From Chara braunii (lineage: Eukaryota; Plantae; Charophyceae), in assembly GCA_003427395.1 (NCBI GenBank), contig BFEA01000011.1, positions 1,248,114-1,307,027 on the forward strand: DNA of 58,914 nt. The letters run 5' to 3'. Below, one piece after another: positions 1-11,187 of the stretch; the first letter of the stretch is position 1; the number at the start of each line of letters is the position of its first letter. The translations under genes and the position numbers were made by a program. The notes beneath the pieces are model-generated. The model saw nothing but the letters and a program-made list of their open reading frames with translations. It was not told where the DNA came from and ran no database searches.

Positions 1-170
1 GGGTAAAGCGCTATACTACCTACTAGTGTGAGTATGGAAAACACAAGTTTGAAGCTCCCAAATCACCAAGATTGCATCATGGATCACTCATGGGTGAAGC
101 GCTACACTACCTACTAGAGTGATTGTGAAAAACACAATTTTGAAGCTCCCAAATCACCAAGAATGTATCA
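1..170. repeat. Two diverged tandem copies of a ~91-bp unit
   Basis: GGGT(A/G)AAGCGCTA(T/C)ACTACCTACTAG...TTTGAAGCTCCCAAATCACCAAGA occurs at 1 and again at 92. Confidence 0.85.
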
Positions 171-239
171 AAAAGCATCTAGGAAAGAATCAGAGTACTA
201 CCCTCTAGTATATAAGTGAAAGAGGAGAGTTTGACTAGC

Positions 240-436
240 CCATGGAAGAGAGAAGATGAAGTAAGAGAAGATGGAGGAGAAGGGGAGAGAGATGAGGGAG
301 ATGGAGATGAAGAAGAAGAGAAAAAAGACAAAGAGAATGGGAGTGAAGAGGAGGAAGGAGGTGATGAAGGGGGAGAGAAGAGAAGGAAGAAGGAGGGAGT
401 GAGGAGGAAGAGGAGGAAGAAGAAGAAGGGGAGGAA

Positions 437-483
<47 letters not shown>

Positions 484-500
484 AGAAGATGAAGGTGAAG
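240..500. repeat. Purine-rich (GAA/GAG)n low-complexity tract
   Basis: Runs of aagaagaag/gaggaag; the K/E-rich and L-rich ORFs here are by-products of the tract. Confidence 0.9.
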
Positions 501-540
501 AAGTCTCTTTCTTCTTCTCACCTTGTTGATTCCTTGATGT

Positions 541-3500
541 TTGTGTCCTCTTGATGAATCTTCCACTCCTTGCACAATACCCTCTTGACTATGACTTCCT
601 TCTTCTCCAAGCCCTTCTCTCCTCCTTCCTTGCTCTCTCTCAGGCTATGGCAAGCTCCCCCAACTATGGCTATGGAGTCCTCCCCTCTAGGAGGGTTAAT
701 GGGGGTTCCTCTAGCCTCTCCTTCTCTCCTACACCCAGGAGGGATATGGCGGATCACGTCCCAAGTGTCCCTTTTACCATCACTATCCTCTAGAGTCCTC
801 CCCACTACCTCTTAGTCTCCTCTAAGCTCTCCCACTAGCATGGGCTCCTCCCTCCTCACTCCAAGTGCAAAGGTGCTCATGTGAGCTCACTTGGGCAGCA
901 TGGACACTCCTCATGCAAATGTGAGAGTGGCGGACTGCATCCTCAGCTTATGTAGGCTGAAACCAGCAGTCCGGNNNNNNNNNNNNNNNNNNNNNNNNNN
1001 NNNNNNNNNNNNNNNNNNNNNNNNNNNNNNNNNNNNNNNNNNNNNNNNNNNNNNNNNNNNNNNNNNNNNNNNNNNNNNNNNNNNNNNNNNNNNNNNNNNN
1101 NNNNNNNNNNNNNNNNNNNNNNNNNNNNNNNNNNNNNNNNNNNNNNNNNNNNNNNNNNNNNNNNNNNNNNNNNNNNNNNNNNNNNNNNNNNNNNNNNNNN
1201 NNNNNNNNNNNNNNNNNNNNNNNNNNNNNNNNNNNNNNNNNNNNNNNNNNNNNNNNNNNNNNNNNNNNNNNNNNNNNNNNNNNNNNNNNNNNNNNNNNNN
1301 NNNNNNNNNNNNNNNNNNNNNNNNNNNNNNNNNNNNNNNNNNNNNNNNNNNNNNNNNNNNNNNNNNNNNNNNNNNNNNNNNNNNNNNNNNNNNNNNNNNN
1401 NNNNNNNNNNNNNNNNNNNNNNNNNNNNNNNNNNNNNNNNNNNNNNNNNNNNNNNNNNNNNNNNNNNNNNNNNNNNNNNNNNNNNNNNNNNNNNNNNNNN
1501 NNNNNNNNNNNNNNNNNNNNNNNNNNNNNNNNNNNNNNNNNNNNNNNNNNNNNNNNNNNNNNNNNNNNNNNNNNNNNNNNNNNNNNNNNNNNNNNNNNNN
1601 NNNNNNNNNNNNNNNNNNNNNNNNNNNNNNNNNNNNNNNNNNNNNNNNNNNNNNNNNNNNNNNNNNNNNNNNNNNNNNNNNNNNNNNNNNNNNNNNNNNN
1701 NNNNNNNNNNNNNNNNNNNNNNNNNNNNNNNNNNNNNNNNNNNNNNNNNNNNNNNNNNNNNNNNNNNNNNNNNNNNNNNNNNNNNNNNNNNNNNNNNNNN
1801 NNNNNNNNNNNNNNNNNNNNNNNNNNNNNNNNNNNNNNNNNNNNNNNNNNNNNNNNNNNNNNNNNNNNNNNNNNNNNNNNNNNNNNNNNNNTTTTTTTTT
1901 AATTTCTGTTGTGACAAGTGTCAAACTGCAGTGCACCCTCTTCTAGGCCCTAGGGCCTCATTCAAGGCCAGGTTCATGGCTGTTACTTGGCCGTTACATC
2001 TCGGATTCCAACAATAGCACCCCCATGCTCCTAGGGGGCTCTATTTTGCTCCCGTTTGCCCAATCTTGAACCCCTTTTGCTCCGATTTTCTAAGGGCAGC
2101 CTTTTTCTCATGTTGAGCCTCTCAAGGCTCTATTTTCTTATGCCTAGCTAGTCCGAGATATCCCGAACTACTGGGCAGTCTTCTCAACATCCTTATTTTT
2201 ACTTTTCTTTCTCTCATGGCTCTTCCACTTGCTCCCACTAGCGCTTGCACTAATGGTGCTAATATTTCTCACCGTCTAGATCCTTGATCTTGACGGTGTC
2301 GTTTGCTTGCACAAATATTGCTTGTGTTTGCTCATTGTTCCCTTGGGACATCCCAAGTCCCCGCCATTTTCCTTCATGCTAGCTCCATTTCCTTGTTCCG
2401 CCGGCGGTCCCGCCGGCGCATGTCCCGTTTCCCGATTTTTATTATTTGGACCCATTTGGTCCACAACATTCCGGACGGCGTCCCATTTTTATTTTTTTGG
2501 GGCCCCTTGCCCTTGGTGGTCCCATCATTTCTACATGTCTGCCGATTTTTCTAGGCCGTGAGATCTCATCTCACGGTTGCCGTTTACCGTCTTTTCTTGC
2601 CCCACGCCGAAATTGCTCCTTTCTAGCCTTCCGGGCTTGCCGTAACCCATTTCCTCTTAGCCTTGGCATCCCCATGCAGTCCGTAATTTCTCGGACTGCA
2701 GTTATGGCTGTTTTCTACACCCACAGCCCCACAACTTGCCACATGTTAAAAGAAAATGAAGCGTTAAATTTCCTAGTGCATCCGGGTTCAATATTGGCTC
2801 CGGATGCACAAAGAACATGTATTTTCTCTCCCCTATGCAGTCCGTTACAACTCGGACTGCAATGGGGGTTAATTCCTTAGCCCCAATGCCCTACAACTAA
2901 CCCATACTCAAAAGAAAAAGAAACGGCAAATTCCCAAGTGCATCCGGACTTGATTTTGGCTCCGGATGCACCTAAAACAGGTGTTGCTCCTCATGCATGT
3001 AATCCGTTTTATTCCGGTTGCAAGAGGCCTTGATTTTCTTTGATTTTCTCTGAAAAAATAAGAAAAAATCAAAGTACTTTGTAACCGCCATATTCCAGAA
3101 TGAATCTGGTAACAGATGAATCTCCCCAAGTGACCGTTTTTTACCGTTAAGACCTTTTTCTATTTTTTTTTTTTTTCTTTTCTTTTCTCCTCCTTTCTTT
3201 GACAGTAGGGACCTGCCAGTCCTTACCTATGGCAGTCCCTACTGACGGCCAACTCACTCACTCCCTCTCACTCTTTTTGTCTTATTCTCCCACATTTTCT
3301 TTTATTTTCTCTCTTTTTTCTAGCATGCCAAGTGTCAAGTGGCCGTTTAGGCCATTTTCTAGCCTCTTCCTCTCAGTTTTGGCCCTCTCTATGCCCATGG
3401 TGCAGTCCGTTATTTCTCGGACTGCAACAATGGCCTTCCCATGCCCATAGGAGCTTCCTCTTACTCCTACATTTCTCTCACAATGGTCCCTCCTACTCCG

Positions 3501-4452
3501 ATTTTCTCCCGGAGGGCTATTTTTCACATGGGGTCTTATGTGACTCTATTTTCTTGAGGGAGGCTGATCCGAGATTTTTCGGATTGCTCCCATGCCTCCC
3601 ACTTCGGTTTTCTTTACTTTTCCTTTTCCTTTTGGCCTTCCCGTTTGTCACCAGTAGTACTTGCACTAGTGGTGCTAATATTCTTGACCGTCAAGATGTC
3701 GATCTTGACGGTGCACCTTGCATTTATTATTTTTCCCTCATGCGGTGCCGCCGTTTCTTCTTGGGAATTTCACATGTCCCCGCTTTGTCCCGTCGGTGGT
3801 CCCCGACACTTAGTCCCGCCGGTGGTTCCCGACACTTAGTCCCGTCGGCGGTTCCCAACACTTAGTCCCGTCGGCGATCCCCGACACTTAGTCCCGTCGA
3901 CGGTACCCGACACATTTCGCCCCGGATGCCATTATTTTTACTTAGTCCCACATGGCCCCGGGTGCCTTTCCCTGAGGTGTCTCATGCCCCTTGGGCGTGT
4001 TGTCACCTCATAGCGACCCTTCTCCCTAGTCTTTCCTCGCGCCTTGTGCATGCCGATCTCTTTTGGTCGTGAGACCCTGCTCCGAGGCTCCCGTAGGTGG
4101 CCGCCATGTTGGCCCCTCATTTCCTGACTTCCCGCGGCCTTTGGGCCGGCCATCTCTTGGCTTCCTCATTCCCTTATTGTTGTCGCGCTGCAATTGCTAG
4201 TTCAAAGGGCCCTTTGGCGTTAGTCTTACTGCATTTCGATGGCCCTCCCGGCCTCCTGCTATGTTCTACGTGCCCCTGTTCTTACGCTCGCTCTCTTGCT
4301 GCCGCTTAGTTCTTTCCTCCTGTGGTTCTTTCCCCAGGGCATTACTCCCTCCTGCGACCTAATCCTTTATCTCGTCTCACTCGGGATTTCTCTATTTTTC
4401 CCAGTTTATCCATATTTGGTCTCTCGAATGATGGGAAGTTATTCGGGACTCA
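541..4452 (-). mobile_element. Repeat family A, copy 1 (long LTR-like repeat; contains N-gap 975-1891)
   Basis: Reverse-complement similarity to 17620-21440 throughout. Examples: CTCCTCACTCCAAGTG (~852) vs CACTTGGAGTGAGGAG (~21130); GTGACAAGTGTCAAA (1911) vs TTTGACACTTGTCAC (~20165); GTTATTCGGGA (~4438) vs TCCCGAATAAC (~17626). Confidence 0.8.
3788..3912. repeat. 26-bp minisatellite, ~5 copies (GTCCCGTCGGTGGTCCCCGACACTTA)
   Basis: Directly visible tandem units; a more degenerate counterpart lies at ~18200-18300 in copy 2. Confidence 0.9.
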
Positions 4453-4740
4453 CCAATCCTAACACCGACCAACATGGAACCCGAAGGAGCTATCGTGGTG
4501 GCGAGTCCCTTCACTTTTTTCTCCCTCTCTCTACCTTTCTATTACACGAACATACATGCCCCTAGAAAGAAACTGAACCTTCCGCTATAACATAGCCAGA
4601 TACATCGTGTTCCTCAACAGGATCGACAGAGACTGCTCCTATCGACGTAGTGAGCAATGCACCGGACGAGAGGTAAGTCTCCAATTCCGCGACTGGCCCG
4701 GCATCTCCCGCCGCCACAAATCGATAGGATGGGCAAAGTC

Positions 4741-7009
4741 CGAACGAATCAGCCGCTAGAAAACGGCTAGATTCATTAATACTTCACTAACTTTTGATCC
4801 ACTAACTCCCCGCCCAATCTAACTACATCTTTGAATTCGCCTACCTCAAAAACATTAATCTACCAACTTCTTTCACTCGATTCCATTAGGAATCGAGTGA
4901 AATCTCGATTTTTCACTCCTTATCTTCTCTCCTCCTCGCCATATCCCACGCAGTCCTTTCTCCTACTAACTCCTACACTACTCACTAATCACTCAAACTC
5001 TCAACAGAATCGAACTCGCCTCACATTCAAATCCCAGCTTTGGCACCTTCCCCACTCGATTCCATCAAGAATCGAGTGGCCTTTCAATTTCTTCTTCCCG
5101 TTCTTCTTCTCCTCTGATAGCTCCGGCGCACCCTCTATCTCACCTCTCTCCCATTCTACTAACTCTCCTCCTAATCTGACCTCACGAATGAATTCGCCCG
5201 GGGTCAAAACCCCGGGATAGCCTCTTTTCTCTCTCGATTCCGATAAGGATCGAGAGAGTTATGCCTCCTCGATTGCCCGCAACTCACCCTTCTGCCATCC
5301 TATTCTTTGCATGCACCCGGCGTGAAACTGCGCCAGGTTCATTCCACCTTCACCGGGCTGCTGCCTTCACCCTTCGCCCTGTCTCACCGACTTAGCGCCC
5401 GTAGCCGCTGTCTCAGCACCCGTCTCTGCGTTGCCCACTCCGCTGGATGGCGCTCGGCTTCCCTGTCGCGTCCGCCCGCCCCGTCCATCATCACTCTCTC
5501 CCTCATGCGCCTGGCCCGGTCCTCCGCCCGGGTTCATCCCCCTTTTCCCCACTGCTCCGGTCCGTCGCCTTAGCACTGTCCCTCTGCTACTAGCGCAGCG
5601 CAGCAACGACCGGTTCGTTCGTCATCACCACAGCGAGAGTTCACCGGCGTTTTCTCTGGCCATAGGGCTTGGTCCTATAGCCGAGCGCAGAACTACTTTG
5701 CACCTCCGACTCTACCAACGAAGATTTCGGAAAGACCAGCTTTCCACATGGGTCGTATGGCCTGTCACCCGTCCGCGCTGCTTTTTCACGTGCACCCGGC
5801 CTAGTTCGCGCCCGTGTTCACCCCAACTTACCCGCTATTGTCTATAGTCGTTGTACTCCTGCGCTAACTGCTGCCGCTGCACCCGGTCCATTCAATGCTA
5901 CGTGGCCCGACGGTTAGTCGAGCGTCGAGAAAACAAAAACTCTCCGCCGATGGGCCCTTCTTGATTTATACGTGTCATCCTTGCGCGCGAGCCGTGCGAA
6001 TCTTCTCTGTATTGTTCCAATTTTAACAAATGTCCTGAACGACCACGGTCGGGGCAATCCCCAGCGGCCTACCGATGGATGGTCGGTCATTCTCACAAAA
6101 TCCCATCACCCAAGCCCGGCCCACGGGCCTGCACCCCAACAGTTCATGGGTGGGCTTACCGAACTAAGCCCAAGGGGTCTGCCATACCCCCACTGCACCG
6201 CGCCCCAAAGCAGAACGGGGCGCGGCTCCGGCGCAGCCACGAAAACAGATTGTAATTGCACTTCAGGCAACACCACGAATACAACACACCCCATGTGATC
6301 CCACCGCCGCCTCGCGTCCCCGAACAGGACGCGATAAATAAAGCAAAACAATAAAAATAAAGAATAATATCGGAAAACAACGGGGCTGCAGGTGCCTCGT
6401 CAGTCCCGCGGATCGAGCCCGCCACCGTGCCCGTAAACAAAACCGAGGGGGATAGCCCTGGCGGCCCTCAACCCCATCGGTCCCTTCCGCGACACTCTGT
6501 TGCAGTTGCTGCACCGACGCCTGTTGGCCTCGATCCCCGAACCTTCATGGCGTCAACCCAATGTCGTAACCTATAGGGCTAAGCCCAAGCCTGGGTTTGG
6601 CTCCGACGGGCGTCTACATAAACCGGACACTGCGTAGCGCACGGGCCGACTGAAAACACCTCAACGGCCACCCTGTTGTTGATGTCGTCCTCCATACGTA
6701 CGTACGGGTCGCAGGTGAGCACCTTAGTCAACGCGACGTAATCTCTCTAATCCCTACTTAATCAGGAGGCAACAAAAATTATGGCCGACGAACACACCGA
6801 CCCATTAATCATCAACCATTAAAAGATCACGCGCGCCTCAAAAACAATCCACGAGCCGACACACTCTCTATTCTAGTAAACCATCCGGCCACCGTAAATC
6901 ACTAACGTGGCCGCGCCTAGCGCGGTATACTTAAACTTTAATCCAAAACTAATTTTTGTTGCTTGCAGAAACCAGGGCAGATACCCTTGTAAGGGTATTC
7001 GCGCCGACA
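4741..7009 (-). mobile_element. Repeat family B, copy 1 (LTR-like, TGTCGG terminus at 7009 on the minus strand)
   Basis: Reverse complement of 7509-9746. Ends ...GATACCCTTGTAAGGGTATTCGCGCCGACA; shared blocks include TCGCCCGGGG(T/C)CAAAACCCCGGGAT and ACTCGATTCCAT..GAATCGAGTGAAATC. Confidence 0.8.
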
Positions 7010-7508
7010 ACGGCGGGCCAAGATGGAGACTTGGCCTTCCTGTGCTAGACTGCAGGAAGAGTCTATGATGAGATTTATGTGATATGTGTATATACTTGGC
7101 TGTGAAACTTTCTTTTGGAAGGAAGGCGAGAGATTGCCTTCGAAGGTCTCGGGTAGGGCTCGCGTCCCAAGTTATGGCCCTGGTTGCAGGGTAGAGGCTA
7201 GGGACACTTAAAGAGAAGTCGGCGTTTGTTTAGGACAAAGGGGAGAGGACAGTTGAGAGGGTCATTGGACTTATGATGTAGTACGTATGTCTAGTACACC
7301 AGCGTCCTTGTGTCGAGACAATGGAGACCTAGGTTGGAACCCTGGCGACATACAGTTGTGTTGGCATGGATTGATGGACGCCTTGAACCCGAGTCTGTCG
7401 GCTAATCGGATTGGTTCCTTTCTCGTCAACATTTTGGATTATTGTTGAACTGATAGCTTTTTTATCCTCCGGAGCGACGGGGACGTCGCTTAATATGGTC
7501 CGGTAAGC

Positions 7509-9746
7509 TGTCGGTGCGAATACCCTTACAAGGGTATCCGCTCTGGGTTTTGTAAGTAACGGAAAATAAGCTTGATTCAAAGTTTAGGTATAATGCGCGA
7601 GGCGAGGCGGTGTCTATGGTTTACATTAGGCTGAACAGATGACTAGAGCAGGGAGTGTGTGGGCGTGCAGACTTAAGGCGCGTGTGATCCTTTTGTTATT
7701 GATGATTGTGGGAACCGACGTGATTGTCGGCCCAACTTTTATTTCTGATTAAATAAGGATTAAAAAGATTATGCCTCTTGATTGATGCGCTCGCCGGTGA
7801 CTTGTGCTCATGTGCGAAGGACGACGTTGATGGTTGCATGGTTCGGTATAGTCGCGCGGTGGACGCGGAAAGGTTGACCATCGTGAGTTCTGCCGATAGG
7901 CAGATGTGTGGGTTTGAAGCGTTTCAGTAGAACCACGCGTCGTGCAATATCCGCTTATTTAGGTATCGGTTAAAACTAGACCCAAACTTGGGCCTAGTAC
8001 TAGTGGTCGGACTTTCATTAGAGAGATTCAGGGATTGAGACTGAGCGGCGACGACGCGAGGATATCAGGATAGTGGGGAGAGACCGAAGGGTTGAGGACC
8101 CGACGGGGCTATCCCGCTTGGTTTTGCCGCCAACAAAGTTGGCGCGGTAATGACGGGCTCCTGTTGTTTCGCCCGTTGCTCCCGACGATTAAAATTTTCT
8201 GAATAAGATTATTTTAATATTATATTGTTAGGTATTTTTTATGCTCCGTTGTCCCTTTGTCTTGGACGTTACTCCAGAGTTAGTGGCCGCAACGGGAGTT
8301 GAGGACCTAGAGCACGCATTAGTTTGACCAGTTGAGGTTCAAATGGAATTCCTTTATCCCGCCTGTTTTGGAATACGAAACCGAGGGGTTCAACATGCAT
8401 ATGAGTCAGGGGGGGCCGTCGGTTGGAGTACAGGCCGCCGCTCACCTTTTGATGAGAAAGGATTGAATGTGTGCCTGCCCGCTGGGACTCGAGAGAAGGG
8501 TGAGCAACGCCGGTAAGAGCGGTCCAGGGCACTTTGGGAAGGCCACAGCAGCGGCCGCTCACCAAGGCAGCCCTTCCCCGGCTCGGTCCTCTAAGTTCTC
8601 ATTTGAATATTCGCAACTATCACTGTGATTTGCACTAGGCTCGTGCCTAGGCTTTGTAGCAGGCCGTGCCTTTGGCCCCGCAACAGGCTGTTCGTGTGGG
8701 AAATTGCCTGCGGAGGACCTGAGGTAGTGGCAAACTCCTTTCCTCATAGTGGGCAGGAGGAGGCTGTAGCAGGCTGGCAGCGAAACCTGCAGGGCGCATG
8801 GCTGGTCGGACAGGGTATAGGGGCGAAAGACTAATCGACCCGTCTGAAAATCGGTCGAGTCTGATGAGACTGTGTTGGGCATTGCGGGGCCGCTACGGCC
8901 GGATGCTGCATCGGTAGCAGGGGAGCGGAGCATGAAGGAGCGAGGAGGACCTGCATCAGAGCGCAGTCCCATCGGGGCAGAACGGGCACAACTAGGGGAA
9001 GGCTGTATCTGGGCGCTGACATGGGGTATGCGCATTCGAAGAAAGAGCAGCAATGGTGGAAAACGCCGAACTCATTCAATTGTGAGCCGTTTCGGGCGGG
9101 GAAAGAGGCGATCCCGGGGTTTTGGCCCCGGGCGAGTCAGTTGATGAGGTCAGATTTAGTGTTAGGTTAGTAGGATAGGAGTAAGATTAAGAAATCAGTG
9201 TGCGGAGGATGCCGGGAGTAAGCGGAGGAGAAGGATGAAGGCGGGTTGGTAGGGGGAGGTCGGATCCTCGGTCAGTTTGGATAGAGGATTAGCGGAGTAG
9301 GAGTTAGTAGGGAATGAGGCCGTGCGGCGATGGAAGAAAGAGGAAGCGAGGGGGGAATGAAAAAGTCGGGATTTCACTCGATTCTTCATGGAATCGAGTA
9401 AAAGAGGAGGTTGAATAGGGTTTTTTGATAATTGCAAGTTAAAATATGAAGTTAGTTTTTGCGATAGGTTAGTGGATTGGGAGGTTAATAAGAAAGAGCT
9501 CGTGTGGAGCTATGGCGGGAAGTGTGAAAATGGCCAGAGTGAAAATTGAGATCTCGCTTAATCCTTTACGGAATCGAGCGAGCTAGAGAGTTAATCGGGG
9601 GTTTTCGGATGTTGCGAACATGATGGTAATGTTAGTTTGATCTATAGGTTAGTGGTTTATTTGGGGCCAGTGCTAAGAGCTGCGCTCCAGGGCAGTTTCA
9701 AAAAAGTAATGAATCTTTCCGCATTCTAGCGGAAAATTCATTCAGA
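7509..9746 (+). mobile_element. Repeat family B, copy 2 (LTR-like)
   Basis: Starts TGTCGGTGCGAATACCCTTACAAGGGTATC; homology to copy 1 ends near TAATGAATCT..TTCTAGCGG (~9708-9746). Confidence 0.8.
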
Positions 9747-10310
9747 TTATTGCTCAATAGATTGATGGACGTTGCCTGCCTCTACCCCTTTGTGTACATG
9801 GCTAGCACCAAGCTGCGTAGCACCTCGGTGAGTGAGTTGGTGGTGCTTCTCCCTGGTCGAATGCCCCGCCCTGTGGCTCCGAGTGGACCTGGTCATATAG
9901 CTGGCTAGGTGCGTTCGCGTGTAGGACCGATCGAGCACGGGCCAGCCGGTAGCAGCCGACAGAGCAGGCGAGTTGCACATAGCTGTTCACGACCAACCAA
10001 TGAGTACGGGTGATCAAGCTGCTGTTGTGGGCAACAGACCGACGGGGAGTTGGTAATGCACGCAAGGCTTGCGTGACCGGTATCTGTATATGCTCTGCGC
10101 ATTACATGACGAGTTGGACTGTGTTTGCTGCTGTACTACGGTGCGGGAGAGAGAGAAGACTGTGCCTTTGCTCTACAGCCCGCGTTTTGGTGCATTTTCT
10201 GTGCGTTTTTAGTCAGGAAGTTGTGGAGTGGCCACGATTACTGATGGAGAGGCTATTATTGCCATTTGGGGAGTCGTCTGGGAGGCAACAATTGTCAGTT
10301 TGACTTTTGT

Positions 10311-10347
10311 TGTCTCTTATACACATCTACACGTGTATAAGAGACAG
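10311..10347. other. Nextera/Tn5 mate-pair junction adapter (assembly artefact)
   Basis: TGTCTCTTATACACATCTACACGTGTATAAGAGACAG matches the duplicated Tn5 mosaic end CTGTCTCTTATACACATCTAGATGTGTATAAGAGACAG with two internal mismatches; it is flanked by an exact ~60-bp duplication (10251-10311 and 10348-10408). Confidence 0.95.
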
Positions 10348-10529
10348 GGCTATTATTGCCATTTGGGGAGTCGTCTGGGAGGCAACAATTGTCAGTTTGA
10401 CTTTTGTTTGACCAAGTTGCGATGCATTTTGGCCACCATTGAGGGGCCCTCAGGCGCATTGAGGCAACAAGGCTCTCTCTCGCGAGTCTGAGTGCACCTC
10501 TCTTGGATCTGAGAGACTTACCTTCTTCT

Positions 10530-11028
10530 GCAGAATTCACCAAGTGTTGGATTGTTCACCCACCAACAGGGAACGTGAGTTGGGTTTAAACCGTCGTGAG
10601 ACAGATTGGTTTTACCCTACTGATGCACCTCCGTCACAATAGTAATCCAACCCAGTACGAGAGGAACCGTTAATTCGCACAATTGACAATTGTGCTTGGC
10701 TGAAAAACCAGGGTTGCAAAGCTATCGTGCATGGGATTATGACTGAACGTCTCTAAGTCACAATCTGTGCTTGCAGCGACGGCATATGCCTCCTTGGATT
10801 ACACAAGGTTGTCGATCGGGCCAGCCCGTCTGGCCCCGGAAGCATAAGTTCGGAGTTGTNCCTCCTGCGGCGGAGCACCGACGCCCTGGGGGTCTCTTCA
10901 TCGAAATTTCTTTCGCTCAGGGAGTTAAACCCTTTGCAGACGACTTAGACAGGGAACGGGGTGTTGTAAGCAGTAGAGTGGCCTTGTTGTCACGATCTGT
11001 TGAGATTCGGCCCTTTGTTCCAAAGGTT
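10530..11028 (+). pseudogene. Degenerate 3'-terminal ~500 nt of eukaryotic 25S/28S rRNA
   Basis: GCAGAATTCACCAAGTGTTGGATTGTTCACCCACCAA, GGTTTTACCCTACTGATG, sarcin-ricin loop AGTACGAGAGGAAC (10654-10667), GGATTATGACTGAACG-CTCTAAGTCA, GTAAGCAGTAGAGTGGCCTTG; many substitutions at normally conserved sites and no upstream rDNA. Confidence 0.93.
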
Positions 11029-11187
11029 TCCCCCACCTTCTGGCTCCCCACCCCTCCTCAAATGTTTGAGCGACGGTCACGATCCGTCAGTGAAGTAGTA
11101 AGGAACCGAAGCCTTGGGGTAATCAATGAAAAGCTTAGGACCAAAGCTATAGACTAGCTTTGTGCTTCCCTGGAGTCTCTCAGCTTT

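Noticed and set aside
198-575. K/E-rich and Leu-rich ORFs
   Set aside because: They are translations of a purine low-complexity tract; the same applies to the poly-T, (GA)n, (AT)n and (AAT)n ORFs elsewhere
891-1946. Long ORFs of 320-350 aa
   Set aside because: They run through an N-gap; the same applies at 17039-17241 and 39600-39648
10311-10347. Genuine Tn5/IS50 ends or horizontal transfer
   Set aside because: It matches the synthetic mosaic-end junction adapter and no transposase is present
10530-11028. Functional rRNA gene
   Set aside because: Only the last ~500 nt are present, with many substitutions at conserved positions
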